A DNA stretch of 48,990 nt, the filler included, from Catajapyx aquilonaris (Eukaryota), in NCBI GenBank assembly GCA_000934665.2. It is 3 parts of 3 records of this genome, joined end to end, with 100 filler letters (N's around TTAATTAATTAA, not from the genome) between each part and the next. Parts side by side here need not be neighbours in the genome. Positions count along the whole stretch, not along the records: positions 16,412 to 32,815 come from JYFJ02007297.1; positions 32,916 to 48,990 come from KZ539666.1; 1 more part is not named here. One strand, 5' to 3'. The translations under genes and the position numbers were made by a program. How positions within the stretch are numbered: position 1 is the first letter of the stretch; each line of letters starts with the position of its first letter. The notes under the pieces were generated by a model that ran no database searches, was not told the origin of the DNA, and saw only the letters and a list, made by a program, of their open reading frames with translations. Positions 25,625 through 36,948 of this stretch are shown here, in pieces.

Positions 25625-28215
25625 AATATAATGTTTGTGACTTGAAATTACCTTATAAGATAATCATGCCAGTATACAGTCAAATTTATTTTTAAATAGA
25701 GTCATTTCACTGGAGATGTGTGGAATGCACTCATTTTCAAGATGTATAAGACACATATCAATTACAAGTATAGACAGCGTCTATGTGGAATTCACACAAC
25801 ATGTGTATCAACACAAGTGTAGGGCCTACTATTATGCAAATGATGTGTTGTAATGATATACACAAATGGTAGCACTGAATGTGTGTGAGGTAGTCATGTA
25901 ATTTTATCACAGTTGTGCACAAAGTACACTGAAAGCCAAATGTTGTGTTGTGAAAGACTGATTTTTCATCAGTTCTCTAAATTTAAGTGCAAAACTTGAC
26001 TTACATTGTGTTCAAAAAGTGATTTTAATCAAGGAAGATGACCTGTGCCTTTGCAGATTTGAGGAGCATGTGCAGTTGGCCCCCAGTCAACCTGTGAAAT
26101 TCGCAGATAAACCGAACCCTAAATAACGTAGGCTACATTAAACATGCTTGCTACGAAAAGTTAATGTACAAGAGTTGTCTGAGAGTTGTACATATATGCA
26201 TACATCAAAATTAATTAAATATAAAATAGGATACCTACAACAATGCAGTATAGGGTACTGTAATAATAATGCATGTTAGATTTTTAAAATTTCATGCTTT
26301 TATTTAATTTTTCTTTAATATTTTCAAACAACGATTAAGCATGACTTTGGGCAGACTGCACAAAGATTTGTTGCACTTTTTGCAACAGCATTCACATGCC
26401 ACATGTAATAAGATGTTTATTATTCTTGCTTTCATAATGGATGTTTAAACCACCACTTCCTCAGAATTAAACCAATTATGAGATAAAATGCATGGAATGT
26501 GTCAGCATGGATCTCTAGCATCCAAAAAGTGACATTAAAAACAGGTACAGTACATTATGTGACATGATTGTTAGAGTGCATTAGAATGCAGGGATTATGC
26601 CATTGAACAATAAGGACAGCCATTAGTGGGCACAACACAATTAGGAAAGTTCTCTATGAACTATTGGCATCACTTAAAAGGATCAGTTGCAGGTTGGACT
26701 TTTGCATCACACCACAATAATATTTAGTGAATATTGTTTTCATATGAAAAGTTGATGGAGTAGTCACGTGTTACGAGTAATTGGTAGCTTGAGGAAGGCT
26801 GGGGGTGGAGTAGGAAGGGTGTATCACTTCCCTTCTTCAGCATTTATGTAACAATTAAACAATATAATATACCTGTTTTTTAACAATATAATGTGCCTGT
26901 TTTTTAGTCTTGTTTTAGTAATAATTCCTCTCCCCTCCCCATTTTATATGGTACAGTCGTCTAACAATGATGAAACACTGCAGATATCCTGCTTAATTAA
27001 CTTGTTCCAAAGAACTGCAAGAATGACTTGCTGAATTTCACATCACCTCACATGACTATAATAATTATAAGATGTTGCTGTAGAGAGTGGCCAACACACT
27101 ATATAGGCCTACTGTCTGTCTTGTTCACGACTATAAGTTGCTGAAAAAAAATCCAAAAATTTTACAGTATTGGGCCGGAAATATTTGCTCTGAGCTTGTA
27201 TAATTTTTACTCTATGCACGCACTGCAGTTATTTTTTAAATGATATTACAAATGGGTGCAAAAAGTGCAGCCATACTTTTAACTGCTACCCAAATATTTC
27301 ATGCTCCTTAGAAAACAGCCAAATATAGCCCAAGTATACTAATTACTCTAATCACTCTATATTGTTTGGTAAACTCTGTTGCAGCATGTATCCTCTGGGA
27401 CATATGTATGGACTTGCATCACTGCAATTTTTGCAGTGTAATTCATGATCATCAGTCCAATAATGTCCATCATTGGCACATCTCCTGTGTATTGTTTTTG
27501 ACTGGCCTCTCTATAATCCTCCAAGTCCTGCACATAATTTGGACGTACTTTATTCTTCAATATCTTCATGTGATGCTGGATGCTATACCAAATTATCTTG
27601 CGGTAAGGTCTCTCATCTGTTGACTCCGTTGTAAGGGAATCAATATTAAGCACAAGCACTGTCCAAGTCTCACATTTTCCACACAGGCGAAGAGTGACAG
27701 CGGCAGTCGCTCTAGTGACACCTTCAGATCCGAGGAAGACCTGGAGGAATTGACAAAATATGAATTATTACAACAAATAGCCTACAAATAAATAGCCGCT
27801 CCTGCCGACTAATAAATCGCCGTTCTTTAAGCTTTCATCAGCTCAATACTGACCGCAACTGCTATATTTTCCCTCAGCCAATCAGAGGCTCTAGACCTGG
27901 CCAAATTCAATGCTGAAATCGCAAGAATGGGAAAAATCCAGCAGGAAGAAATCCGCGTGACACTTTTCATGCAAAATTCCTGCCAAAATTGGCAATGTCT
28001 CCGTGACTCTGAAGGATCAAGGTTTGGCAAGGTTTGTAGCCCAACACTTGGAGTCTCCAGGAAATAAGTAGACAGCCAAAAAAAATAGGATTAGAGGGAC
28101 ACGTGAAGGTCCCACGTGGCTTGTTTTTCCAACTTGCAGATTAATTAATTTACAGCTTAATTAGTTAATTAATTGGCAGGTTGATTAATTGCAATTTCAG
28201 CGTAATTTTGGTGAG

Positions 28216-29607
28216 ATGTCGGCTGCAGAAGATGAGTACGGGCAGCGGAAAATCTCAGCTGATGGACGACAAAGCCGAGACGAGCCGCAAGAGAATTGTT
28301 GCCATCACGCGGCACATCAATTGAGAAGATCAGCCGCGCTCCAGGATGTGGTCCGCAATTGCACCGGATCAAGCGGTCGCAACATAATACGGTCATGTTC
28401 AAGGTAATGCCGGTAATTGCGCAAAATCTCACGCATTAACCATTTGGCAGCTTCCAGTCGTACCCGGAGCCGCTCTGGAACCGTGTGCACGACACCCATG
28501 GGATGAGCTGGAGCACTGGGATCCGGACCACGCACACATGCCGCAATCGCAGCACTACATGTTGGGAGTGTGTGAAGGGGACTAGCGGACTCTCCGTTGG
28601 CGTTGGGACCTTATCCCGTCTGCACTTTCCCAGAGGATGTCTGGATGACAGGATATCCAGGCGGCGATCTTCAGCTACAACTGGCAGGCTCCGGAGCAGC
28701 ACCTGGACGTACTGGAGTACCTGTTTGTGTCAGAGCTGGAGGAAGAGGAGGAGGCATACTTAACCCTTAACTACGTAGGTGGGTGAAACACCTTTAACTA
28801 CGTAGGTGGAGCCTGAGAGGCTCCAACGGTATATTTCAATTTCTGCTTATCAACTAAATTGTTATATTGGACTTTTCACATACAGAGAGTGCAGTTCAGA
28901 TCATTAGGCTTCCGATAACGTAAAAATCACATGCTGAGTCAGCATATTCCGACAGGGAAAAAATTTTATTTAAAAGGTTACATCATGCTTGAGCCGCTCA
29001 GGCTTCACTTGCATAGGTAGAGCCAGTATAGAGTCCAGGAGGGACCTGTTCCTCATTACGAATTTTTTAAAACCAAAGAATAGGGACTAAAAATTTTTTT
29101 CTTTCCTTCTCATGCTTAGGAAGGTTTTTCTGACAAAGTCACGGAAGGACAGGGGAAAATAAAATTCAATGAAAAAGTTACATGCGTTTAAATAGTGCTT
29201 GGAGCCTCTCAGGCTCCACCTACGTAGTTAAGGGTTAAGGGATTTTCTGTCGCCTTGGATCGCTCAGACGGCCTTGCGTGAGGCAGACTTGTTCCAAAGG
29301 GAACTGCCGTTGCTCAGAAAGAAGCAGAATTCATCCCTGACCATGTCGCAGGGGCAGGTTAGTTACGAAGCGGTCGGCTGCTCTTATTCTGACCCCATTT
29401 TTGATCCGGCAGGTGGTGTGCTTGTCGGCAAACGCGTTTTTCTGCATGTTTCCCAAGTGCAACTGGAAGCGCAGGACGGCCGAATACGCCACTTTTCCAG
29501 CCATCAACTTCTTTGGAAGGTGGAAGTATGGCGAAGGGATCGAAGAAGCTGCATCAAATGAGGCAGGTCTGCTCCGAGAGGCTCAAGCGTGTCTTCAACT
29601 ACTTCAG
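28216..29607 (+). pseudogene. PARG: Poly(ADP-ribose) glycohydrolase pseudogene (N-terminal part of the catalytic domain), interrupted by a piggyBac-type MITE
   Basis: Spliced translation (introns 28404-28450 and 29358-29412; MITE removed): RGTSIEKISRAPGC...HNTVMFK|LP...HWDPDHAHMPQS...RWDLIPSAL...AIFSYN...LEEEEEAYLRDFLSPWIAQTAL...LPLLRKKQNSSLTMSQGQ|VVCLSANAFFCMFP...EYATFPAINF/...ERLKRVFNYFR. This matches recalled animal PARG motifs (WD..HVKMP, RWELI..AL, PLL....[27 protein letters not shown], KLK....YF). Stops at 28583 and 28646; frameshifts near 28300 and 29510. Confidence 0.9.
28764..29234. mobile_element. piggyBac-type non-autonomous element (471 bp)
   Basis: TTAA TSD (28760-28763 and 29235-29238), CCC...GGG termini, and TIRs CCCTTAACTACGTAGGTGG / CCACCTACGTAGTTAAGGG. 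Removing it restores the PARG frame (TAC TTA AGG GAT). Confidence 0.92.
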
Positions 29608-29625
29608 GTGAAATATTCCATCTAA

Positions 29626-29776
29626 AGCTCCGTTCACATGAGAGCAAATTATCCGCAAAGTCTTCGCCGAACGATGAGAACAATATTGTTTGGGGAGAGA
29701 AAAGATTGTTACCCCGATTTTTGGCGATGACATCGCTGCAATTTCGCTTATATTTCGCTCACATGTAAACGCAGCT
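29626..29776. mobile_element. PIF/Harbinger-type MITE
   Basis: TAA on both sides and TIRs AGCTCCGTTCACATG / CATGTAAACGCAGCT. Confidence 0.7.
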
Positions 29777-29985
29777 TAATGCTGCACTAGGAAACGTCAA
29801 TATGTTTTAGGAGGCGTTTACATGTGAACGATTCACTCAGAAACTAAACCAATATTAGGCGTATTCGGCAATTCAGATTATTCTGAGACGCGTCACATGA
29901 TATCTGAGTTGTTAGCCCTGCCCCTCAGAAGATTATTGCCGAACGGCCGAACTGAGAGACCCCCCTACCCGCCTGTGCTGCATCC

Positions 29986-30130
29986 CAGTGATATGCCAAT
30001 GTTCGGGTATTTCGGTGCCGTATTTCGGACGCTTGCGGGTAATGGTGCGGGTAAAATGAAAATGCGGGTAAAATCGGGTATTTTCAGGTCCTCTCGCGGG
30101 GTTTTTGGGCATTTTGCATTGGCAACACTG
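29986..30130. mobile_element. hAT-type MITE
   Basis: Termini CAGTGATATGCCAATG / CATTGGCAACACTG and an 8-bp TSD ctgcatcc / ctgcatca. Confidence 0.7.
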
Positions 30131-30388
30131 CTGCATCAATAACATGAATTTGTTGTCCGCCTGTTTCTCAGCAAGTAAGTCAGGTCAGGAGTACACTAAG
30201 TTCCTGAGCTTGGGAAGTCAGGTAGGGTGCATGCGCACTTACTTCAGGGGGCGTGGCACCTGATTTGCCGAACATCCAAACAGCCCAGGAAGTCAGATTC
30301 CTGAATTGCCGAATACGCCTATTGTTTAGGATGAAAGTATCAATCGCTATAACAATTAACCCCAAACAATAATATTGGCTTCATTGTA

Positions 30389-31173
30389 CAGCCAGGGAGC
30401 ATATACTACATAAGAGGCGCAAATTTCGGTCAGTGCCTTTGATGTCCGCGTCTCTCTGGGGCCTTTGCCAAGGCTGGTGGCCATTTTGAAATGGGGGCAA
30501 CGCCAACGAGGTATAAATAGTGTACAGGCAGGCCGTAAAGGTCCGCCATCTTTGATGGTTTTGGCTGCCATGGCAATACATGGCAAGAACACATTGAATT
30601 TGAATATTTTTGGGGTATGAGCTTCTTTAATGCAGTTTTCTCTGTATTAATTCCTTAAGTAGTGGCGAAACTCATATGTATTAACAGGTTAGGTGAGCAG
30701 AGACTTTGAGCCTCCTTACGGGGAAAAGGTGAAGTTTCGAATGGAATAAGTAGTCGCCCAATTCGAATCTTTTGCGAAAATCGAACAAATTCACTTAGTA
30801 GATCTGTGATAGGCAGCTAGAAGATTAGACCGAAGCCGAGAATTTGGGGGCTCGGGGGTTACTCCAAGTTTCTATATTGGAATGGGTAAGTAAACATGCA
30901 AAATTCAATTAAAAATTGAAGATAGTTGCACAATTACCTTGATTTTCCCTTAGTTAGCTTGGAGTGAAGGTGAAGGCTTGTCATTTCAACACAATCAGTT
31001 GCTTATTCATTAATAGCTTCCTCTGGAGATTCTTCCCCGGACATGATTCACTCGTTTATGGCTTTGTTGTTTTTTCGACACGAAGAGATGACTGGATCAG
31101 ATGTCACCAGCAAAATATTAAGCAGGTACTATGTCTATACTATAGTTTGTCGCTGTACCATGCTCCCTGGCTG
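30389..31173. mobile_element. TA-flanked non-autonomous TIR element (Tc1/mariner-like)
   Basis: Perfect 18-bp inverted repeat tgtacagccagggagcat (30385-30402) / atgctccctggctgtaca (31160-31177), read as TA|CAGCC...GGCTG|TA. Confidence 0.65.
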
Positions 31174-31284
31174 TACAGAAAACTTTCCTCATTGTAGGGT
31201 GGCTCTAGACTACTAGAGCAACTGATTTGGTGAAGTGGTGAAACCATGGTCTTAGAATAGTAAGGTCTGGACACTCCCACTTAC

Positions 31285-31585
31285 CGCCTGCTGGGGCGTT
31301 TTGCATGAGGTGCTCACCTGAGAGCGCCATGAGAGATGAGACCTTTCACAGAGCTATTATGTGGCGACCCTACCGGACTACGCTGAACTTTATAGGTACA
31401 AAAGGGAAGCGCTACATGTTGGCCCAACATGGCCGCCGGCGACCATGTTGGGTCCCCCATTGTAGCGCTTCCCTTTTGTACCTATAAAGGTCAGCGTAGT
31501 CCGGTAGGGTTGCCACATAATAGCTCCGTGAAAGGTCTCATGGCGCTCTCAGGTGAGCACCTCATGCAAATCGCCCCGGCAAGCG
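31285..31585. repeat. ~300-bp near-perfect palindrome (foldback)
   Basis: tttgcatgaggtgctcacctgagagcgccatgag...ctaccggactacgctga...tataggtacaaaagggaagcgctaca is mirrored in the right half. The centre is near 31437. Confidence 0.92.
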
Positions 31586-31642
31586 ATGAGAGAAGATTGT
31601 AGGGGAAGTATCTGGGGGCTGGGTGAAACCAAGGGTGAAACA

Positions 31643-32514
31643 ATGGTGGGCACATCTGTGCTCCGGGGAAAGCATACAGGAAGTCGCTGGTGTTCTGCCA
31701 TGAATTGTTTCAACAATAACGGAAGGAACAACGACATTAGTTTTTTTTTCATTCCCAAAAGACCCTGTCTGGTAAGTGTGAGTCCATGTTGACGATGAGG
31801 AACAGTGTTAGAGCTTAGGGGTCGAAATATTCTGAAATATTCGGATGATAAGGTGCAATTTGCACTCCAAAATTGTACTCTGCACTCTGAACTGAGCCTT
31901 GGAGTGCAAAGTTAGCACTCCAATTGGCTCTGCTTTTTAAATATGGATATACCCAGCAATTAAAAATTAAGCACTCCAAGTAAGCGTTGCACTCTGGGAC
32001 CATGTTAAAGTCTGGAGTGCAAACTTTGCAAAAATGTTAAAATTCGACCCCTGGAACAGGATGTATGTAATTATAGTAAAGTCATGCTATGTACGTAATA
32101 TTGCAGGCGTGCGTAGTGGATGCAAGCCTGTAGCCGAACAGACTTGAGCGAGAACGACAGCACCAAAAATTGCTACTTGTGCAGTGCAGATTTTGAAAAC
32201 ATTATGTTCCTCAATGACCTGAGGAACCGCCTACACCACCAAGCAGTCCCTACTTTGTTTTCAGTACCTAACCACCCTCTGCCCCTCATTGGGATAAAGC
32301 GGAAGTTGCCTACCCAATACAGTAAGACTATAATATTATACTTCTAGTGCTATTGGCAATGACAAATGCATTGCAGAAAATAAATGCAAGAGTGATATAC
32401 AATCCTGTTTTGATATTGCAGGCAACTGCAATCTTGAACATAGGACACCTGTCAAAAGGAGAGGACGAGCGGTGGAAGTAGTTACTTCTGAACCAGGAGG
32501 AAGCCCTTGCAAAC
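31643..32514 (+). pseudogene. THAP-domain gene or transposase N-terminus, disabled (exons 31643-31771, 32107-32321, 32422-32514)
   Basis: WCSAMNCFN...ISFFFIPK/DP | RA*WMQACSR...YLCSADFE...RLHHQAVPTLF follows the THAP pattern (CxxxxC, FF.FP, W, LCSxHF, AVPTLF). It has a 1-nt frameshift, a TAG at 32114-32116 and an H>D change at the zinc ligand. Confidence 0.85.
31816..32053. mobile_element. MITE within the first THAP intron
   Basis: Termini taggggtcgaaat / aattcgacccctg and internal (T)GCACTCC / GGAGTGCA repeats. No clear TSD. Confidence 0.6.
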
Positions 32515-32815
32515 GTGAGAAATGTTTTGAAAATTGTGATTACATAATGCAGCAATAGGACATCATGTGAAAGTGAAACAGTCACAAGCTAGTGCAGTAG
32601 TTGCATTAGCACATTAGTTGCACATCAGCATTTGATGGGAGTGCACATACATATATGCTGAATGTACTAGGTACAATCACGGCATTTAAGATTGTCGTCT
32701 GGCGGTTTCATAATTCTAGCTGAGTTCGGCGGTTAGCCCTGGTACCGCAAGGGGTGCTGCCAGTGTCAACACAAGTAGTGGCTATTGATACAGTATCAAC
32801 ATACGGTTCATCACA

Positions 32816-32915
32816 NNNNNNNNNNNNNNNNNNNNNNNNNNNNNNNNNNNNNNNNNNNNTTAATTAATTAANNNNNNNNNNNNNNNNNNNNNNNNNNNNN
32901 NNNNNNNNNNNNNNN
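32816..32915. other. Artificial contig-joining spacer (N44-TTAATTAATTAA-N44)
   Basis: Identical in structure to 16312-16411. Confidence 0.95.
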
Positions 32916-32984
32916 CACCCCCACCCGCGCCCCCTTCATAGCGTGCAGAGTTTGTAGTCATCTCTGGCTTCATCTCAGCTGGGA

Positions 32985-33115
32985 TTCCTCGAGACTAACC
33001 ACCCGGGGGAGTTCACAAGATGACCAAGTAACGGCATTGCACTTGTACTTTGCACATCCCCTCCCATTCATCCCTGCCCGTGGGCCCGGGCGCTTCGTTA
33101 AAGGTTATTCCAGTT
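32985..33115 (+). mobile_element. SINE body fragment (same family as 42150-42386)
   Basis: gactaaccacccgggggagttcacaa...cattgcacttgtactttgcacatcccctccca...tgcccgtgggcccgggcgcttcgttaaagg matches the reverse complement of about 42190-42315. Confidence 0.75.
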
Positions 33116-33499
33116 GTGTACAAGTTGTACAAGTTAATAATGAAGGTCCGTACGTAATACCCCCAAGAGTGGTCTAAGCACTACCCGGATTTTAAAAGGA
33201 TTAGTCATTTAGATTCAAGAAAGTGCACTTTTCCTGAATCAGGGGCACGTAAACCATCAGTGTACCAGGGGATGCGTTCTTCGCATGTGATTGAAAAATG
33301 AAAGAAAGTTTGTAAAACCTGCATAATATACTGTACAGTGAGCTAAGTCAGAGGGACAGTAAATGCTGGTGTTTGCTGGTGGTGTGGTGGCAGTGGTTAC
33401 CAACAACATTTCTGCCAGTGGGCCAACTGGCCAACAATACAGTGAGGGAGGGTAGGAGCGTCATGATAACAGTGGCTGTAGATGAGTCAACAATGTAAA

Positions 33500-33790
33500 A
33501 ACCGAAAATTCTAAACTTTGGGCATTTAGACTCAACAAAGTGCGTGTTTCGGAAGTTTTCCGGAATCAGCGAAACGTAAAGACATGGGTATGCCAAGTTT
33601 CGGCGGTCTCGGTACAGTACTCGGGAAGTGGGTTTAAAAAGCGTGAGATAGTACATACATGAATGATACCAACAATAAAGACGCAGATTTATAGTGTATA
33701 ACTAGGAAAACCCTCGCTCCGCTCGCCTTTTCCTAGGGCGCAGGCCTAGAAAACCACTCGCTTCGCTCGCTGTTTTCTAGGCCTGCGGTG
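33500..33790 (+). mobile_element. Possible Helitron/Helentron (DINE-like) non-autonomous fragment
   Basis: AAGTTTCG...GCGTGA...ACATACAT...GCAGATTTTATAGTGTATA is followed by ACTAG and CGCT(T/C)CGCTCG hairpins, which resembles the ends of these elements. This is resemblance only. Confidence 0.35.
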
Positions 33791-33978
33791 TAGGACATGT
33801 TCTTAATGATGCTCACCCAACAGTTATCCTCATCATACCCTCCCCCCTCCTTATATTAAACCTTTGACGGCTAAGTACATCATAATTATTATGATGCCCT
33901 GAGGGTTTTTGAATATGGTGCGCGAGGATGTGCATAGAGAAGGCGAACTTTTCAGTGCCAAACCCGGTTCAATATGCT

Positions 33979-34018
33979 CCTGCCAAAGAGCTTATACTAG
34001 TATAAGCTCTTTGGCAGG
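33979..34018. repeat. Perfect 40-bp palindrome, followed by a (TGAT)n microsatellite at 34031-34054
   Basis: cctgccaaagagcttatact|agtataagctctttggcagg. Confidence 0.92.
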
Positions 34019-36113
34019 GAGGCTAATAAATGATTGATTGATTGATTGATTGATAGTGCTGGCGATGAAGAAGTAACTCGGGGAACTGGAAAATTGCAGC
34101 CCTGCAAGAAAACTGCCCCACATTAGAAGTTATCACCCTAGTCATGTCACCTCTGGTAAATAATGATTCACAATACCCTCTACTATTTGCGAGTAAGCAG
34201 CATTACCCTGATGTGAATGGTATTGACACTGCCTAACTGATTCAAAATGCACATTACTATGTTTTGTACATTATTGGCTGGTAAACCTGAAATCTGAAAT
34301 ACGCCCTCGTAATGCAGGAGGAGAGGTGTCATTTTTTGTGGAAATTACACTTTAATACATTATCACTAGTGAACATCGGTGTGAGTGTTATCAGGAGCAA
34401 ATGGAGTTAGGAGTAGGCCGGCTGGCGGACGACTGGTGGTGGAGCAATCGCAACGGTTTCGTCTCGAGGGGTACCAAGTATGTCAGCTGCACGGCTCAAA
34501 GTGCGGCGGGCAACTACGCCTGCAACATCTTTGAGAGACAAAACAGATCATATTACGCATGCATAACCATAGCTTGGGAGGGGTGAGGTTTCTAGTCACT
34601 CACCCCTAACTAATCCGCAATGGACTTGGCCCGGAAGGATGATGGACACCAGGAGCAGATGAATGATTGTGGCAACGGTTCTCATTATAGTAACCTGTCC
34701 ACATGTTTAGAGAATAATAATTACTATTAGAAATTATAATAATCTGCTGAGTTTTGGAAGTTGAAAATAAAGTCGTGTGCTTTGTGCAGGGAAACAATTT
34801 CATGTTTCAAACTATTCGGAAAGTCCCATCAATTCAATTAAATTAAGCAGCATTCCTATGTCCCAGAACTACGCTCGAAATACTGTCCCTAATGTGCTCT
34901 CGACCATTCAAATTAGATCATCCTTAGCCAAATGAAATGGTCCTAAAACTAGTTCGCCAACACTGGCGAATTATTTGTCGCAAAAGTATCACGCACGAGC
35001 ACAATGATAACGGGACAACGCATATAATATAATTTTTTAAAGTTTACAGAGTGAATGTGTTTTGGTGTAATTATGCAACCTTTCTTATTTGCGACACTTA
35101 CCTGCACGTATCCCCCTGTATGAGCTGGGATGCACACTTGGTCTTGCAAGTGCTGTATCCGGTGAAATGATTGGTCGTGACAAAATTTTGAACCGAAGAA
35201 ATAAAATCTACTCTGATGGCGTGTCAGTTGGTTAGGTCACCGTATTTATTGCCATCCACTTTTATTACAATCTGGTGCATTGTGTTCTTATCTCAGTCCG
35301 TATAATAAATGCGGTTATGTCACAATTTAACAATTGTATTAAAAAGAAGCAAATTAAGCAGCTGCGTTTGTGTAGAACTGACCTGACAGAACTGTCTGCC
35401 TACTTTGCAATAGGAACTCCTAAGGTAAGATTTGCGTTACTTTATGCTGCCTTACACTGAGGGTAGGCTACTAATACTGTCTCTCTAGTAGGCCTATAGA
35501 TTTAGTCCCGACTGTACTGTACCACTAAAGGCATAGTCTACGCGTCAACCCTGTGCATGTATATAAGTCAGTGATTGTTGGCAACACTAAACCAAGTAGT
35601 CCTAATTATTACTACTAATTCTCAAACCAGGGATTGTGGTTCTAACTTTGGTGGTGAACCGCTGTGTTGGTGGTGACTCGTATGTCTGCAATATAATTCC
35701 ATAGGTAATTTGTTTTTGATGCCGCCTTCATCGTGCAAGAATTTACTGTCAGTCTGAACGAGTTTAAACTGCACAGTAAGCCACAAAAAAGTCTCCGGAA
35801 CTACAGAAATACGATAAATACCGAAAATGTTAATGTTTTAATTTGTATGGGCAATGTTCCACATGCAGTATATTGTACTTGCATAAGAGCAAAAACATTC
35901 CCTTCAGTGAGAAAAAGGGTAGTAAGACCTCCGTGGCGGAATGAAAGTACTGAAACATGGCAGGCGCACGTAAGACCGTCATTATTGATTTAAGCTCTAC
36001 CGTAGGTCTTACTCAAGCAATTTACAATTTACTGCTCATGAAGTCGCCTTTCATTACTGTCAGAAAAAAGAGGTGCAAAAATTTACGTTATCAGCAGAGG
36101 AGAAAAATGGGGG

Positions 36114-36119
36114 GAGAGA

Positions 36120-36176
<57 letters not shown>
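36114..36176. repeat. (GA)n microsatellite
   Basis: Read directly. Confidence 0.97.
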
Positions 36177-36180
<4 letters not shown>

Positions 36181-36590
36181 AAAATGGCGCGAAAGGCGCG
36201 CCAGATTCTTTTATTGCTATGAAATAGAAGCCTGCCTCTTCAAAATGTCGAAAAGAAAACAGCTCGGAAGCCTTGGAAGTATAACTTGACCCTTTTGGAA
36301 AATTTCACATTTGGCGAAAAAGTAGACAAATTATTGCATGATTTCGACGACTAGTAGTTACTGTATAGACTAGTCATATTATTGTAAGAAATTCTTTAAA
36401 ATGAAGTACATACCTTCTTCTGAAGCTTTCATATTGGAACAGTTCACAAATATTTTGTATAACTGAAAACAACACTAATGAATGTGTCGCGCCGTAAATT
36501 GCGCTTAAAATTAGCTCACAGTCAGAAATACGCGAACTGTCATCGACTTTCAACTGCTGGTACGGACGAAGGGTTACACATAAGAAGTAT

Positions 36591-36948
36591 TTTTTTTTTA
36601 TTATGTACCCCGTTGTGGGCCTAAGCCCTATAGGGGGGTGGCACACCACCATCAGTTTTCTCAGTGTATTTACACTTTTTTCTTCATTCACCGGTGCAAG
36701 GAGTCAAGGATGTCGGGTAGGGGTAGGGATTTTTTGGGGAGGGAACATAGGTGCAACTGTGCAAGTGCAATGTCTACAAATGGGTCATGTGCTGTCCCCC
36801 AGGAGGTTAGGTTGCCAGACACCTCCTTGGTGCAGGTCAGAGACCCTCCTGACGCAGGTGAAAGGAAAGTTCCCCAGGCGGGGATCGAACCTGCGGCCTT
36901 TCACTCAGCAAGCCGAGACGTTACCATCACGGCCACCACACCTCCCCA
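36591..36948 (-). mobile_element. Full-length tRNA-derived SINE
   Basis: Minus strand: GGGGAGG start, A box TGGCCGTGATGG, B box GGTTCGATCCC, A-rich tail. A 15-bp TSD acacataagaagtat lies at 36576-36590 and 36949-36963. Confidence 0.9.

Noticed and set aside
28232..28265. P-loop-like STGSGKSQ in an alternative frame
   Set aside because: The frame closes soon after, there is no Walker B motif, and the region is explained as the PARG 5' exon.
33576..33594. Partial resemblance to miR-71 (AAAGACATGGGTA)
   Set aside because: The 5' seed and 3' end mismatch, there is no supporting hairpin, and it lies in a probable repeat.
34190..34360. Possible LINE APE-endonuclease relic (PDVNGIDTA*L, RNAGGEVSFFV)
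   Set aside because: The resemblance to PDIIGITETWL and RGGGVAIYV is too degenerate to call without an HMM search.
36870..36947. tRNA gene (also 42315-42386)
   Set aside because: A and B boxes are present, but there is no complete cloverleaf and the sequence continues into a SINE body; the first copy has a tail and TSD.
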